Part shown: in pieces, positions 1-9,147 of the stretch
How the letters are laid out: every line of letters begins with the position of its first letter
How positions within the stretch are numbered: the first letter of the stretch is position 1
Source: a virus
Lineage: Duplodnaviria; Caudoviricetes
IMG/VR virus record: IMGVR_UViG_3300043765_000024
Location: 1 to 39,432 of that record
Direction: 5' to 3' (one strand)
DNA length: 39,432 bases
The notes under the pieces: generated by a model
Databases searched by the model: none
What the model was told of the DNA's origin: nothing
Seen by the model: only the letters and a program-made list of their open reading frames with translations
Program-made: the position numbers and the translations under genes

Positions 1-174
1 TATCGGGGCACGGCTGGACACGATCCCCAGGATCGGCACCAACAGCATGCCCGAGGCAGTCGAGCGACCGGAGCAGAACGCATTCCTGCAGCACTGATGG
101 GCGACATCTGCTCGGAACTGGAGGCGTGGCTTCCTGGTGGCACCGGCAGGCGCGGCAGCTACGACGATCTGCGC
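1..174. repeat. Terminal direct repeat, left copy
   Basis: 1..174 matches 39259..39432 except A47 vs G39305; the ORF crossing the junction reads through, so the genome is circular or circularly permuted. Confidence 0.95.
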
Positions 175-402
175 GATCTGGTGCTGCGCGCCCGCGACGA
201 AATTCTGGCGTTGCGGGCAGGGCTAATGACACCAAGGGAGGTATCGGCGGAGGAGGCGACATGGATGCAGTGCGACCCATCACAGGTGGCAGCAATCCGC
301 GCCGAGGCGTTGGAGGAAGCAGCGCAGGAAGTGGTTCGCGTCTATGAAAGTCCACCAGATTATGTCCTGTCGATAGCTGAACGCATTCGCGCGCTGACAT
401 GA
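97..402 (+). CDS. Hypothetical protein
   Basis: TGATG overlap with the upstream ORF and ATGA overlap with the downstream ORF; contains a RAEALEEAAQ segment. Confidence 0.75.
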   Translation: MGDICSELEAWLPGGTGRRGSYDDLRDLVLRARDEILALRAGLMTPREVSAEEATWMQCDPSQVAAIRAEALEEAAQEVVRVYESPPDYVLSIAERIRALT

Positions 403-635
403 GCAGCCTGCTGACCATCCTCAATGCGTTCGCATTCAGCTTCATGCTGACATCCACCGTCCTCAACTGGTGGAGCTATCGCCAATACAGAAAGCTGAAC
501 ATGCTGCTGCTGGACATCTGCGTCAAAGCTTGGATGATCCGGCATGGGCCGATCTGGCAGCCATGGGCCGACTACACGCAGCAGGATCTCAAGGTCATAC
601 CGGTAAAGCGTGGCCACCAGGCCGATCAAGACTGA
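399..635 (+). CDS. Small protein with an N-terminal transmembrane helix
   Basis: Hydrophobic LLTILNAFAFSFMLTSTVLNWW; ATGA coupling. Confidence 0.7.
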   Translation: MSSLLTILNAFAFSFMLTSTVLNWWSYRQYRKLNMLLLDICVKAWMIRHGPIWQPWADYTQQDLKVIPVKRGHQADQD

Positions 636-864
636 GCTGCTGGCATCTGCCAGGGAGATCGGCTGGCTGACCGACATGATGCGCCAGCTGCTCGATCACC
701 GCGCATCGGCGGTGCAGGGAGCTGTGCTCGCTGACCTGACAGCGATGTGGCTGGCGCGCCACGCCGAGGAACGCAGGGGCGAGCTGCTGCGAAACTACCT
801 CCAGACGGTGCATCAGCTGACCCCGATCAATGCGCGGATGCTGCGTCCTCATCGCGCTGCTTAG
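610..864 (+). CDS. Hypothetical protein
   Basis: Overlapping chain of + strand ORFs with a plausible helical composition. Confidence 0.6.
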   Translation: MATRPIKTELLASAREIGWLTDMMRQLLDHRASAVQGAVLADLTAMWLARHAEERRGELLRNYLQTVHQLTPINARMLRPHRAA

Positions 865-1072
865 CTATCCCGCCCACGCCGTGTCGCTGGTCGAGCTCTA
901 TTCGCCAGGCGCGCAGATCGTCTTCATCAATCCGAACCAAGTATCGAGCCTGCGCATCCCGCGCAGTGCCAAAGACTTCGCCGCCGGCACCAAATGCGTG
1001 GTCATCCTGAGCAATGGCAACATCATCAGCAGCGTTGAGACATGCCAGGTAGTGGCGAAGCGGCTACGCTAG
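830..1072 (+). CDS. Small secreted or periplasmic protein
   Basis: Signal-peptide-like N-terminus ending PAHA; two Cys in the mature part. Confidence 0.65.
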   Translation: MRGCCVLIALLSYPAHAVSLVELYSPGAQIVFINPNQVSSLRIPRSAKDFAAGTKCVVILSNGNIISSVETCQVVAKRLR

Positions 1073-1078
1073 CCGCTT
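1058..1078 (+). terminator. Hairpin closing the small-gene cassette
   Basis: AAGCGGCTA-CGC-TAGCCGCTT, a perfect 9-bp inverted repeat over the stop codon; weak U-tract. Confidence 0.45.
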
Positions 1079-1196
1079 GCAAACGGACTATCGTCCAATC
1101 GGAATACGTGCCGCTATGGCTGCGGGTATTAACCAGCCCCTCGCTGTCCTCATCCTGGCCACCTCTGCGAACGGACGATTGTAGCGTAACCCGCAA

Positions 1197-2648
1197 ATGA
1201 GCTCTACCGAGGCGATGCCCACCGGCTGGGCCAATACCGTTGCCCAGTCGTCCAATCCGTTCCTCACGGCCATCCAGCGCTACAGCCGTGCCCCCATCGC
1301 ATTTGTCCGCGAGATCCTCAATGCGGAACCAGACCCCTGGCAGCTGGAAGTATTAAGAGCGCTGGCGAAAGGCCATACCCGTGTCGCGATCCGCTCAGCG
1401 CATGGTGTCGGCAAAACCTGCTGTGCGGCATGGATCATCACCTGGTTCTGCAATACCAGAGCGCCCTTTAAGTGCGCGATCACCGCGCCATCATCGCCGC
1501 AGTTATTCGACGCGTTATTTCCCGAGCTCATCAAATGGTATCAGCGCCTGCCGCCCGCCTGGCGCGCATTGTGGGACATCACGGGCGATCATCTGACCCT
1601 CAAATCGGACCAGGAGTGCTTCATCACGGCAAGGACCAGCCGAGCCGACACGCCGGAAGCGATGGCAGGCCTCCATAGCTCCAATGTGCTGCTCGTCGCC
1701 GATGAGGCATCCGGCATCCACGAGGCGGTATACGAAGCCGCCGGCGGATCGATGTCGTCCGCAGGTGCTGTCTCAGTGCTGATCGGCAACCCGACCCGCT
1801 CAACCGGTTTCTTTTGGCGCTGCCACATGATGGAGGCGCACCGCTGGTTCACCATGAAGGTGAGTGCGTTCGACAGCCCCAGAGTATCGCAGGCCTGGAT
1901 CGACGAGATGGCCGAGCGCTACGGCACCACCTCCAATGCCTACCGGATCAGGGTTGAGGCCGAATTTCCTCGCGCTGACGACGACACGCTGATCAGTGCC
2001 GAGCTGGTCGAGAGCGCCATGCAGCGCGACGTGCCGATGGACCTCGAGGCGGCGATGCTGTGGGGGCTCGACTGCGCCAGGTTCGGCACCGACGCATCGG
2101 TGCTGATCAAGCGCAAGGGCTACATCGTGCCGGAAATGCCCAGACGCTGGTATGGCTGGGACACTATGCAGATCGCGGGTGCGGTCAAGGCCGAGTATGA
2201 CCAGACGATCACCGACAAACCCAGCATCATCTGCATCGATAGTATCGGCATCGGCTCAGGCGTGGTCGACAGATTGCACGAGCAAGGCCTGCCAGTGCTT
2301 GGCATCAATGTCGGCGAGATACCGTCCAACAAGGCACAGTATGTGCGGCTAAGAGATGAGCTGTGGGCGCGCCTCAAGGAATGGCTCGCGACCCGCAGAT
2401 GCCGCCTGCCCAGAGATGACCGCCTCAGAGATGATCTGCTGGCTCCCCGCTACAGTTTCGCCAGTGACGGCAGGCTGCAGGTGGAGAGCAAAGACAAGAT
2501 GCGCAGCCGCGGCCTGCCCAGCCCAGACAGCGCAGACGCACTCATGCTGACCTTGGCCGAGCAAGGCCTGATGACGACATCCGAGGCAGCATCTGGCCTG
2601 TTCAGCCAGGCACCAGTGATGGGACCGATCCTCGGCTGCGAAGTGTGA
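1197..2648 (+). CDS. terL: Terminase large subunit
   Basis: Walker A SAHGVGKT, Walker B LLVADEA, GNPTR coupling motif, nuclease motifs GLDCARFGTD and SPDSADA. Confidence 0.96.
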   Translation: MSSTEAMPTGWANTVAQSSNPFLTAIQRYSRAPIAFVREILNAEPDPWQLEVLRALAKGHTRVAIRSAHGVGKTCCAAWIITWFCNTRAPFKCAITAPSSPQLFDALFPELIKWYQRLPPAWRALWDITGDHLTLKSDQECFITARTSRADTPEAMAGLHSSNVLLVADEASGIHEAVYEAAGGSMSSAGAVSVLIGNPTRSTGFFWRCHMMEAHRWFTMKVSAFDSPRVSQAWIDEMAERYGTTSNAYRIRVEAEFPRADDDTLISAELVESAMQRDVPMDLEAAMLWGLDCARFGTDASVLIKRKGYIVPEMPRRWYGWDTMQIAGAVKAEYDQTITDKPSIICIDSIGIGSGVVDRLHEQGLPVLGINVGEIPSNKAQYVRLRDELWARLKEWLATRRCRLPRDDRLRDDLLAPRYSFASDGRLQVESKDKMRSRGLPSPDSADALMLTLAEQGLMTTSEAASGLFSQAPVMGPILGCEV

Positions 2649-2761
2649 ACGTCATCACGCTGCAGCTCGGCGGCGCAGTCACGCTGCTGCTGCAGCCGCC
2701 ACCACCGGTCACCGCATTAATCACGGCATCATTTCTAGGCTTCACAGCGGAGGGGAAAGAC

Positions 2762-3088
2762 ATGGCATACACGCTGCCGGCAGACATGCAGATTGCGCTG
2801 CAGGTGACCTACGTTGATGCATCGGGCAACCCGGCATCGGTCGATGGCCCGATCACCTGGGAAACCTCGAATGCCGCGATTGCCGCGATTGCGGTATCGC
2901 TCGACGACAGCAGCATCTGCACGGTGTTAGCGCCTGGCGCATTGGGCACGGCACAGATCAGCTGCACCGCCGACGCTGACCTCGGTGCAGGGGTGCGCAG
3001 CCTGATCACCACGATGTCGATCACCGTGGTCGCGGGCGAGGCGGTGGCCGGGATAATCAGCCCGGTGGGCGATCCTGTGCCGACATGA
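2762..3088 (+). CDS. Ig-like domain protein, possible capsid decoration (an in-frame GTG at 2645 is an alternative start)
   Basis: Strong SD GGAGGGG before ATG 2762; beta-rich DASGNPA..ITWETSN..GTAQISCTAD pattern. Confidence 0.65.
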   Translation: MAYTLPADMQIALQVTYVDASGNPASVDGPITWETSNAAIAAIAVSLDDSSICTVLAPGALGTAQISCTADADLGAGVRSLITTMSITVVAGEAVAGIISPVGDPVPT

Positions 3089-3288
3089 ATATGAAGACCG
3101 GCCATCGCCAGCTGGAGATGATCGCTCTGCTGCGCGCCAACGGGCCGATGACCCGCAAGGAAATCATGGCCGAGATGTATCTGACAAATTTCTGGTCCGT
3201 CATGGACAGCCTGATGCGGCGTGGCCTGATCGCCCACGACAACCACGATCCGCAACGCTACTGGCTGCGTAAAAATGGCGCTGCTTGA
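3085..3288 (+). CDS. Small winged-HTH-like protein
   Basis: LLRANGPMTRKEI...SLMRRGLI...RYWL pattern; ATGA coupling. Confidence 0.6.
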   Translation: MNMKTGHRQLEMIALLRANGPMTRKEIMAEMYLTNFWSVMDSLMRRGLIAHDNHDPQRYWLRKNGAA

Positions 3289-5476
3289 CGACGACACCAC
3301 CCAGCAGCCCAACCCGCTGCTTGGTGCGCTTGCGCCGCCGCAGGGCAATGCGCTCGGCGATCTGTATCGCCGGCTGTTCGGCCCCAGTGACAGCATCAGC
3401 CCGATCTGGCCCACTTCTAACCCGACCGGCACCGAGCGCCTGGTCGACTACCGCGGCTGGGACACCGCGACGCCGCAGGCACCAGCAGATATCAGCCAAA
3501 CCCACGCAGCTCTCGCGCAAGATCCCAATGTCGGCAACATATTGCCGATCAGATACAATGATCAGGGTGTCACTGGGCTCGCAGTTCCCAACATGCTGCG
3601 CGGCGCAGCTCAGGGTGCCTATGACCTGAGCCAAGGCCCAAGATTGGGCGGCATGACGCCGGAAGCGACCATGGCACTCGCCTCCACCGTCGACCCGCTG
3701 GCCCGCTACGATCCCGATACGCTGGCAGCGCTGCGCGTCGCCACCAGAGCCGGCAACATCGCCAGAGTGGAGGCCCGCGGCGCAGGCAACGTCACCTCCG
3801 ATGTCAGCCCAGCTCTGGGACGCGCGATCGGCGGGCTGCTCGACGAGCACCTGGCGCAAGGGGGAATACCGCTCTACGGGGGCCGCGGCACCGAAGGCAC
3901 CGACATTGTCGTGACATTGCCGCCTGGCGTGTCGTCCGCTGCCGAGCTGCAACGGCGGCAGCAGGCGATGGTCGATCGCGCTACCGCCATGACGCAGAAT
4001 GTCGCGCCAGGCACCACGCCGCCACGCTACTGGTATCAGGAGGGAGCTGGCGCGATCCATGCCGCGACCGGCCAAGATCCCGAGGCGAGCCAAAGGCTGG
4101 CCAGCTCGCTCGCCATCACATCGCCGCAGACCGATGTCGCCGGCAACGCCAATGCCGCGGTGAATGCCTGGAACCAGAGCCTGCTCGGCCAGGACATCGC
4201 GGTGAAGATGGCACCGCAGAATAGAGCTCTGGAAGAGACGCTCTACGGCAGTTTCGTCCCCGAGAGCAGAAAAACCGGGCCGTTCGCCGAGAACCACATG
4301 CGCTACATCCAGCCCGAGGTGGGCAACAACCTCACCAACGACATCTGGCAGATGCGCGACGCCGGCTATACCAGTTTCAACCGGGCCGGCGATCCAGTGC
4401 CCTATTCCGGCACGCCCACCGTCGGCGAGGACAACTACGTAAGAATGATGGTCGATCGAGCCACCAGACAGCTCAACGCGACCGGTGTCGACGGCGGCGG
4501 CTGGACACCGGACCAGGTGCAGGCGGCGCTCTGGGTTCACGCCAAGACCACGCAGGAAACCGGCGCGGCATTCCCGGCGAACTTCAATTTCAAGAATGCG
4601 CTGGAGAGATTACAGGCCGGTCAGACGAATGCGCATTTCGGCGGCCCCACACTGGTGCCAGGCGACGCCGCCAGCCAGGCGCAGTTCCACCAGGCGATCC
4701 AGCCGATCATGTCGGACGAGAACGGCAGAGACATCATCAACGCCGGCCTAGGGATGCTGACGCCGCCCAATGTGCCAGGTGGGGCGATGGTGTCGATGAC
4801 CGCCGACGGCATCAAGGACAGCTCGCGCGCGCTGATGGACGCCTCCACCTTGACCCGCGCCATGCTGCTGCGCCAGCCCGACGCGCTCTGGACCTCCCAC
4901 CCAGACGTTGCCGGCCTGCCGTCGATCGCCAATGCCAATGTGGTGCTGTCGCACAGCTCCGATCCCGCCGAGCACGCGCTGCAGCTCAGGATGGCACTCG
5001 ACCATGCAGGCGGCGGCTTGGAAAACTCAGTGCTGCAGCAGGCCCCCGGTGGGGTGCGGATACTGAACGTCAACGAGCGCACCGGGCTTGATAATCGGAC
5101 ATTCCAATCGGGGGTGCGAGACGCTATATCTGGGGCCGGCATTCCAGCCGATTTGAGACGAGCGAGAGCAGATTATGGCTATTTCACCCACGATTGGACC
5201 TCGGACCCCACCGGCTCCAGCTATGTCCGCGCCATCGGCCAGCTCCCCGCCAACCTTCAGCGGGCTAGCGACCAGCTCGTCGCCAACCTTGGAAGCCGCA
5301 TTGATGCGGCAGCATCCCAAGTATCTGGCAGGCCGAGCACACCTGGCCCGTGGGGGCAAGCTGGGTTCGGCCAAGCCGTAACGCCAGCCCAGCTGCCGCT
5401 CCGGCCATGGCAGCAGCGACCATCGCCAGGTGGACCCGGCAGTGTCTTGCCTGGCTTGCTGGGGATCGGACAATGA
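3275..5476 (+). CDS. 733-aa probable virion or ejected protein with a central HhH-GPD glycosylase-like domain
   Basis: Long ORF; motifs WY...SPQ..V.GN, RKTGPF, TNDIW, QVQAALW; Pro/Gly/Gln-rich ends; C-terminal GLLG. Confidence 0.6.
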   Translation: MALLDDDTTQQPNPLLGALAPPQGNALGDLYRRLFGPSDSISPIWPTSNPTGTERLVDYRGWDTATPQAPADISQTHAALAQDPNVGNILPIRYNDQGVTGLAVPNMLRGAAQGAYDLSQGPRLGGMTPEATMALASTVDPLARYDPDTLAALRVATRAGNIARVEARGAGNVTSDVSPALGRAIGGLLDEHLAQGGIPLYGGRGTEGTDIVVTLPPGVSSAAELQRRQQAMVDRATAMTQNVAPGTTPPRYWYQEGAGAIHAATGQDPEASQRLASSLAITSPQTDVAGNANAAVNAWNQSLLGQDIAVKMAPQNRALEETLYGSFVPESRKTGPFAENHMRYIQPEVGNNLTNDIWQMRDAGYTSFNRAGDPVPYSGTPTVGEDNYVRMMVDRATRQLNATGVDGGGWTPDQVQAALWVHAKTTQETGAAFPANFNFKNALERLQAGQTNAHFGGPTLVPGDAASQAQFHQAIQPIMSDENGRDIINAGLGMLTPPNVPGGAMVSMTADGIKDSSRALMDASTLTRAMLLRQPDALWTSHPDVAGLPSIANANVVLSHSSDPAEHALQLRMALDHAGGGLENSVLQQAPGGVRILNVNERTGLDNRTFQSGVRDAISGAGIPADLRRARADYGYFTHDWTSDPTGSSYVRAIGQLPANLQRASDQLVANLGSRIDAAASQVSGRPSTPGPWGQAGFGQAVTPAQLPLRPWQQRPSPGGPGSVLPGLLGIGQ

Positions 5477-5661
5477 GCGGACAGACCGGCGCACCGACCG
5501 AGTATCTGATGGCGGCATGGGTGGTGAACCCGACGCCCGACAGCTTTACCGAGATGCAGCACCAGCTCGACGGGCTCGCCGCCGACGGCTGGGAGCTGGT
5601 CACGGTGAATGCCGGCGTCGCCTACTTCAAACGCCTGGCGGGTGGAGCTCCACCTGCCTAG
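5473..5661 (+). CDS. DUF4177-like small protein
   Basis: LDGLAADGWELVTV...AYFKR signature; ATGA coupling. Confidence 0.7.
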   Translation: MSGQTGAPTEYLMAAWVVNPTPDSFTEMQHQLDGLAADGWELVTVNAGVAYFKRLAGGAPPA

Positions 5662-5864
5662 GCAAGCGCATCGATCCGGCGGGTAACCTCATCCTCGCCT
5701 AGGCATAGCCACGCCTGATCCTTGAATGCGTGGCTGGCGAATGCCGCCTTGGCCACATCCATGCCGACGCCCATCCGGCGCGCCTCACTCTTGCAGCTCG
5801 GCCAGAGGATCATGAGGTCCATGCGCCGCTGCTGAGCCCACCACAATCCGAGTAACCACCGCAT
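5658..5864 (-). CDS. Small hypothetical protein, antisense within the late operon
   Basis: Fills the whole gap between two + strand genes; protein-like sequence WWAQQRRMDLMILWPSCK...AKAAFASHAFKDQAW. Confidence 0.6.
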   Translation of the reverse strand: MRWLLGLWWAQQRRMDLMILWPSCKSEARRMGVGMDVAKAAFASHAFKDQAWLCLGEDEVTRRIDALA

Positions 5865-8640
5865 GAGTGCATCCATCCCCGGCTCGACCGTCGGTGCCAG
5901 CCTGCCGCCGGCCATGGCAGGACCGCAAGCCCAGCAGCAGCTGCCAGCTCGCATCCCGCCGCTCCCCAACCTGCCAGGACTGATCCCGCCAGGCCTCAGA
6001 CCCACCGGCATGCGGCTCGGCTCCGAGCAGGCGCTGATGATGCTGCGCAAGGTGCCGCGCGACATCATCCAGCGCGACGAGGACCAGGATCTGCCGGCGC
6101 AGCTCCGCGGCTACGCCGCCGGCCTCAGACCCGCTGTGCGGCCGCCAGGTGCCCAATGGCAGCAAGAAATCATCTATGAGAAACTTGGTAAAAGTGACGA
6201 CGAGATCGAGGAAATAGCCCGCTATTATTTCAGAATAGCGCAAAATTATGACATGTATCTGTCGCGCGACAGAATAACCGCAAGCCAGTATTACGCAGGC
6301 CGACCGTTCGGCAATGAAGATCCCGGCAGATCGCAGCTCGTCATGACGGTTGTGCGGGACACCATCAGGGCGACGCTGCCGTCATTGCTGCGGATCTTCA
6401 CTGGCGTGGAAGACCCGGTCAGCTTTGAACCGGTTTCCGCGGACATCACCGGCAATGACCAGCTCGCCACGGCGCTGAGCCGCCAAGCCACCGACTATGC
6501 CAGGTGGGCGCTATTCACGGCCAATCCCGGCTGGCAGATCCTGCACGACGCGCTCTTAGATGCACTGACCAGAAAAGCCGGGTGGATCAGGTGGAGCTGG
6601 GGCAAGAAGCAGTCGATCCGCACCGAGGTGTGCGAAGGGCTGCTGCTGCCGCAGCTGCAGCTCCTGTTATCGGAGCCTGGCACCGAGACGCAGCGCCTGG
6701 TGCGCCGCCCGATGAGCCAGGACGAGCTGCAGGCGCTCGCCAAGATCCCGGCAGGGCAGATGTATCTGAGCCAGGGCGGGCCACAAGAATACTGGAGTGC
6801 CACCATCACCCGCTGCGCAGCTCAGGCGTGGCCGATCGTCGAGAGCGTGCCGACTGAGTGCGTGTGGGTGAATGCCGATGCGCCGACGGTGCAGCAGGCC
6901 CGCGGCATCTTCCACGTCAGAGACGTTGCCGCAACCGAGCTGATCGAGGCCGGGCTGCCAGAGGACAAGGTACTGCAGCACGCCGAAACCATGATGCGGC
7001 CACAGCAGCGCCGCGAGGTGATCGCGCGCGATCCGGCATCGGGTATGAACATCAAGCCTGGCCCGCCGGGTGACCGCTCGATGGCGCTGGTGCGCTACGC
7101 CGAAGGCTGGATCAGGGTCGACGCCGACAACGATCACCGCGCCGAGCTGCTGCATATTCACTGCTTGGGCAACTCGACCACATTGATCCAGTGGGAGCGG
7201 TGCGACGAAATTCCGTTGAGTTGCTTTGTCCCGTATCGCGAACCGGGCCGCATCATCGGCAGCTCGCAGGCCGACATGGTGCAGGATCTGCAGCGGATCG
7301 AAAGCCGGGTGATGCGCGGCGTGCTCGACAGCCTCGGGCAAAGCATGTTCCCGCGCACCACGGTGGTGCTTGGTCAGGCGAATTTAGCGGATGTCCGCCA
7401 AACCGCGATCGGCAGCATCATCCGCATGGCGCAGCCAAATGCTGTCAGCGAGCTGGTCAGGCCTTTCATGGGCAAAGAGGCGTTGCCGGTTTTGGAAGTT
7501 TTGGAAAGCATCCGCGAAAGCCGCACCGGCATAACACGCGTTAGCAGCGGACTGACTATCGACGAGCTGCAGAGCACAACGCCGCTCGCTGTCGCGCAGC
7601 AATCGAGCAATGCACAAGACAGATTAGACATGATGGCGCGCACGCTCGCCGAAACTGGCTTGGCACCATTGTATGTCGGCCTGTTAAAGATGCTCGCGCG
7701 CCAGCAGGACCGGCCCAACGTGATCCGGCTGCGCGGGCAGTGGATTGCGATCGATCCCAGAGCGCTCGCGACCATGTGGGAATGCCAGGTGAATGTCGGT
7801 GGCCGCGGCACGCCTGAGCAGCGGATGATGATGCTGATGCAGATCGCTGCCAAGCAGGAAAGCATCATGATGAGCCAGGGGCTGAATAACCCGCTGGTGA
7901 CACCGGTCGAATACCGCAACACGCTGAGCCGGCTGCTGGAGACAGCCTCAATCGGTGATGTGTCGAGCTACTTCAAAGAGCTCCCGCCAGGCTTTACGGC
8001 ACCGCCGCCGCAGCAGGCACCCGATCCGAATTTAATCCTCGCCCAGGTGCAGCAGAACAAGACATCCGCGGATGTGGAGAACGATCGCGCCAAGGCACAG
8101 ACCGATCGTGCCAAGATCCTGCAGGACGACGATCTGCAGAGGGACCAGGCGGCACTCGACGCCTGGACCAAGCTTGCGGTCGCGGCGATGCAGACCGGCC
8201 AGCCGCTGCCGCCGTTCGGGCTGTTCAAGCAGGCGATGGCATCGGCTGCTCCAGCCGTCGGCATGCTGCAGGATCTGCCGCCCGCCAACAGCCCACAACC
8301 ACCTGCCATGAGTGCCCCACAGCAGCCGCCTGGTGGTCCTCCGCGGCCACCGGGCATGCCAGGTGCGCCAGGTGCTGCAGGCCCGCCACGCCCGCCCGCA
8401 GGCCCGCCGCAGGGCATGCCAGGACCAGGCGGCGGACCCCCGCCGGGTGCGATGGACCCGGCCACGGCACTCGCGGTGAAGGGGGCGATGATGGGGCGCG
8501 GGCCGCCATCAGCCTATGGCCAGATTGCCAACCGCGCACTCGCATCGGCGATCGCCGGCCCAGGTGGGCCAGCCTTACCCCCGCCACGACAAATGCCACC
8601 ACAGCAACCACCCACACCCGCCAGCCCAGGAGGAACATGA
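5863..8640 (+). CDS. Portal protein with Pro-rich terminal extensions
   Basis: Lies between terL and scaffold/capsid; R..A.QYY.G.P.GNE..GRSQ.V...VRDTI....PSLLRIF and ATDY motifs of podovirus portals. Confidence 0.9.
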   Translation: MSASIPGSTVGASLPPAMAGPQAQQQLPARIPPLPNLPGLIPPGLRPTGMRLGSEQALMMLRKVPRDIIQRDEDQDLPAQLRGYAAGLRPAVRPPGAQWQQEIIYEKLGKSDDEIEEIARYYFRIAQNYDMYLSRDRITASQYYAGRPFGNEDPGRSQLVMTVVRDTIRATLPSLLRIFTGVEDPVSFEPVSADITGNDQLATALSRQATDYARWALFTANPGWQILHDALLDALTRKAGWIRWSWGKKQSIRTEVCEGLLLPQLQLLLSEPGTETQRLVRRPMSQDELQALAKIPAGQMYLSQGGPQEYWSATITRCAAQAWPIVESVPTECVWVNADAPTVQQARGIFHVRDVAATELIEAGLPEDKVLQHAETMMRPQQRREVIARDPASGMNIKPGPPGDRSMALVRYAEGWIRVDADNDHRAELLHIHCLGNSTTLIQWERCDEIPLSCFVPYREPGRIIGSSQADMVQDLQRIESRVMRGVLDSLGQSMFPRTTVVLGQANLADVRQTAIGSIIRMAQPNAVSELVRPFMGKEALPVLEVLESIRESRTGITRVSSGLTIDELQSTTPLAVAQQSSNAQDRLDMMARTLAETGLAPLYVGLLKMLARQQDRPNVIRLRGQWIAIDPRALATMWECQVNVGGRGTPEQRMMMLMQIAAKQESIMMSQGLNNPLVTPVEYRNTLSRLLETASIGDVSSYFKELPPGFTAPPPQQAPDPNLILAQVQQNKTSADVENDRAKAQTDRAKILQDDDLQRDQAALDAWTKLAVAAMQTGQPLPPFGLFKQAMASAAPAVGMLQDLPPANSPQPPAMSAPQQPPGGPPRPPGMPGAPGAAGPPRPPAGPPQGMPGPGGGPPPGAMDPATALAVKGAMMGRGPPSAYGQIANRALASAIAGPGGPALPPPRQMPPQQPPTPASPGGT

Positions 8641-8882
8641 TGGCATCACATCCAGCACGCCCATACGAGGACGAGCAGCGTGTCGGCCAGCGGTCGAGCC
8701 CGCCGGTCGCAGCGTCGCATCCGGCCACGCCATTCGGCACTGGAGCCGGCACCAACCCGGCACTCTCCAACCCGCACGGGAGCTGGTCGAGGACCGGGCA
8801 GCAGACGCCGCTGGGGCCGACGCCGACACGGGTGCCGCAGATGACCGGCGAGCCAGGCGGACCCGGTTTCCTCGATGAGTGA
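8637..8882 (+). CDS. Small disordered hypothetical protein
   Basis: SD AGGAGG; ATGA coupling; Pro/Gly-rich. Confidence 0.6.
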   Translation: MMASHPARPYEDEQRVGQRSSPPVAASHPATPFGTGAGTNPALSNPHGSWSRTGQQTPLGPTPTRVPQMTGEPGGPGFLDE

Positions 8883-9147
8883 CGCGGCGACACTCGAGCA
8901 GCTGATCGGCCCAGAGGCGGCGAAACGCCTCTCGGTCGACCCGGCGCTGAACATGTTCTGGGACCGACTGACCCAGGACGCGACCATGGCGGCGATCGGC
9001 CACGCCGATCCTGCTCAGCGCGAGGCCCACCGCCAGCTCGTCTTGGCGATCTCCACCATCCGCGGCGCACTCCGCGACGCAGGCGAATACGACGAGCTGC
9101 AGCGCGAAGAGAAGCGGCGCGCAACCAGGTTTGAGGACAATGTCTGA
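8875..9147 (+). CDS. Small head-module protein between portal and scaffold
   Basis: Synteny; helical AKRL..DPAL...W pattern. Confidence 0.7.
   Translation: MSDAATLEQLIGPEAAKRLSVDPALNMFWDRLTQDATMAAIGHADPAQREAHRQLVLAISTIRGALRDAGEYDELQREEKRRATRFEDNV

Noticed and set aside
3200-4540. 446-aa minus-strand ORF (likewise 26097..27548, 20299..21273 and 18453..19349)
   Set aside because: Shadow ORFs of real genes in GC-rich DNA, with no motifs
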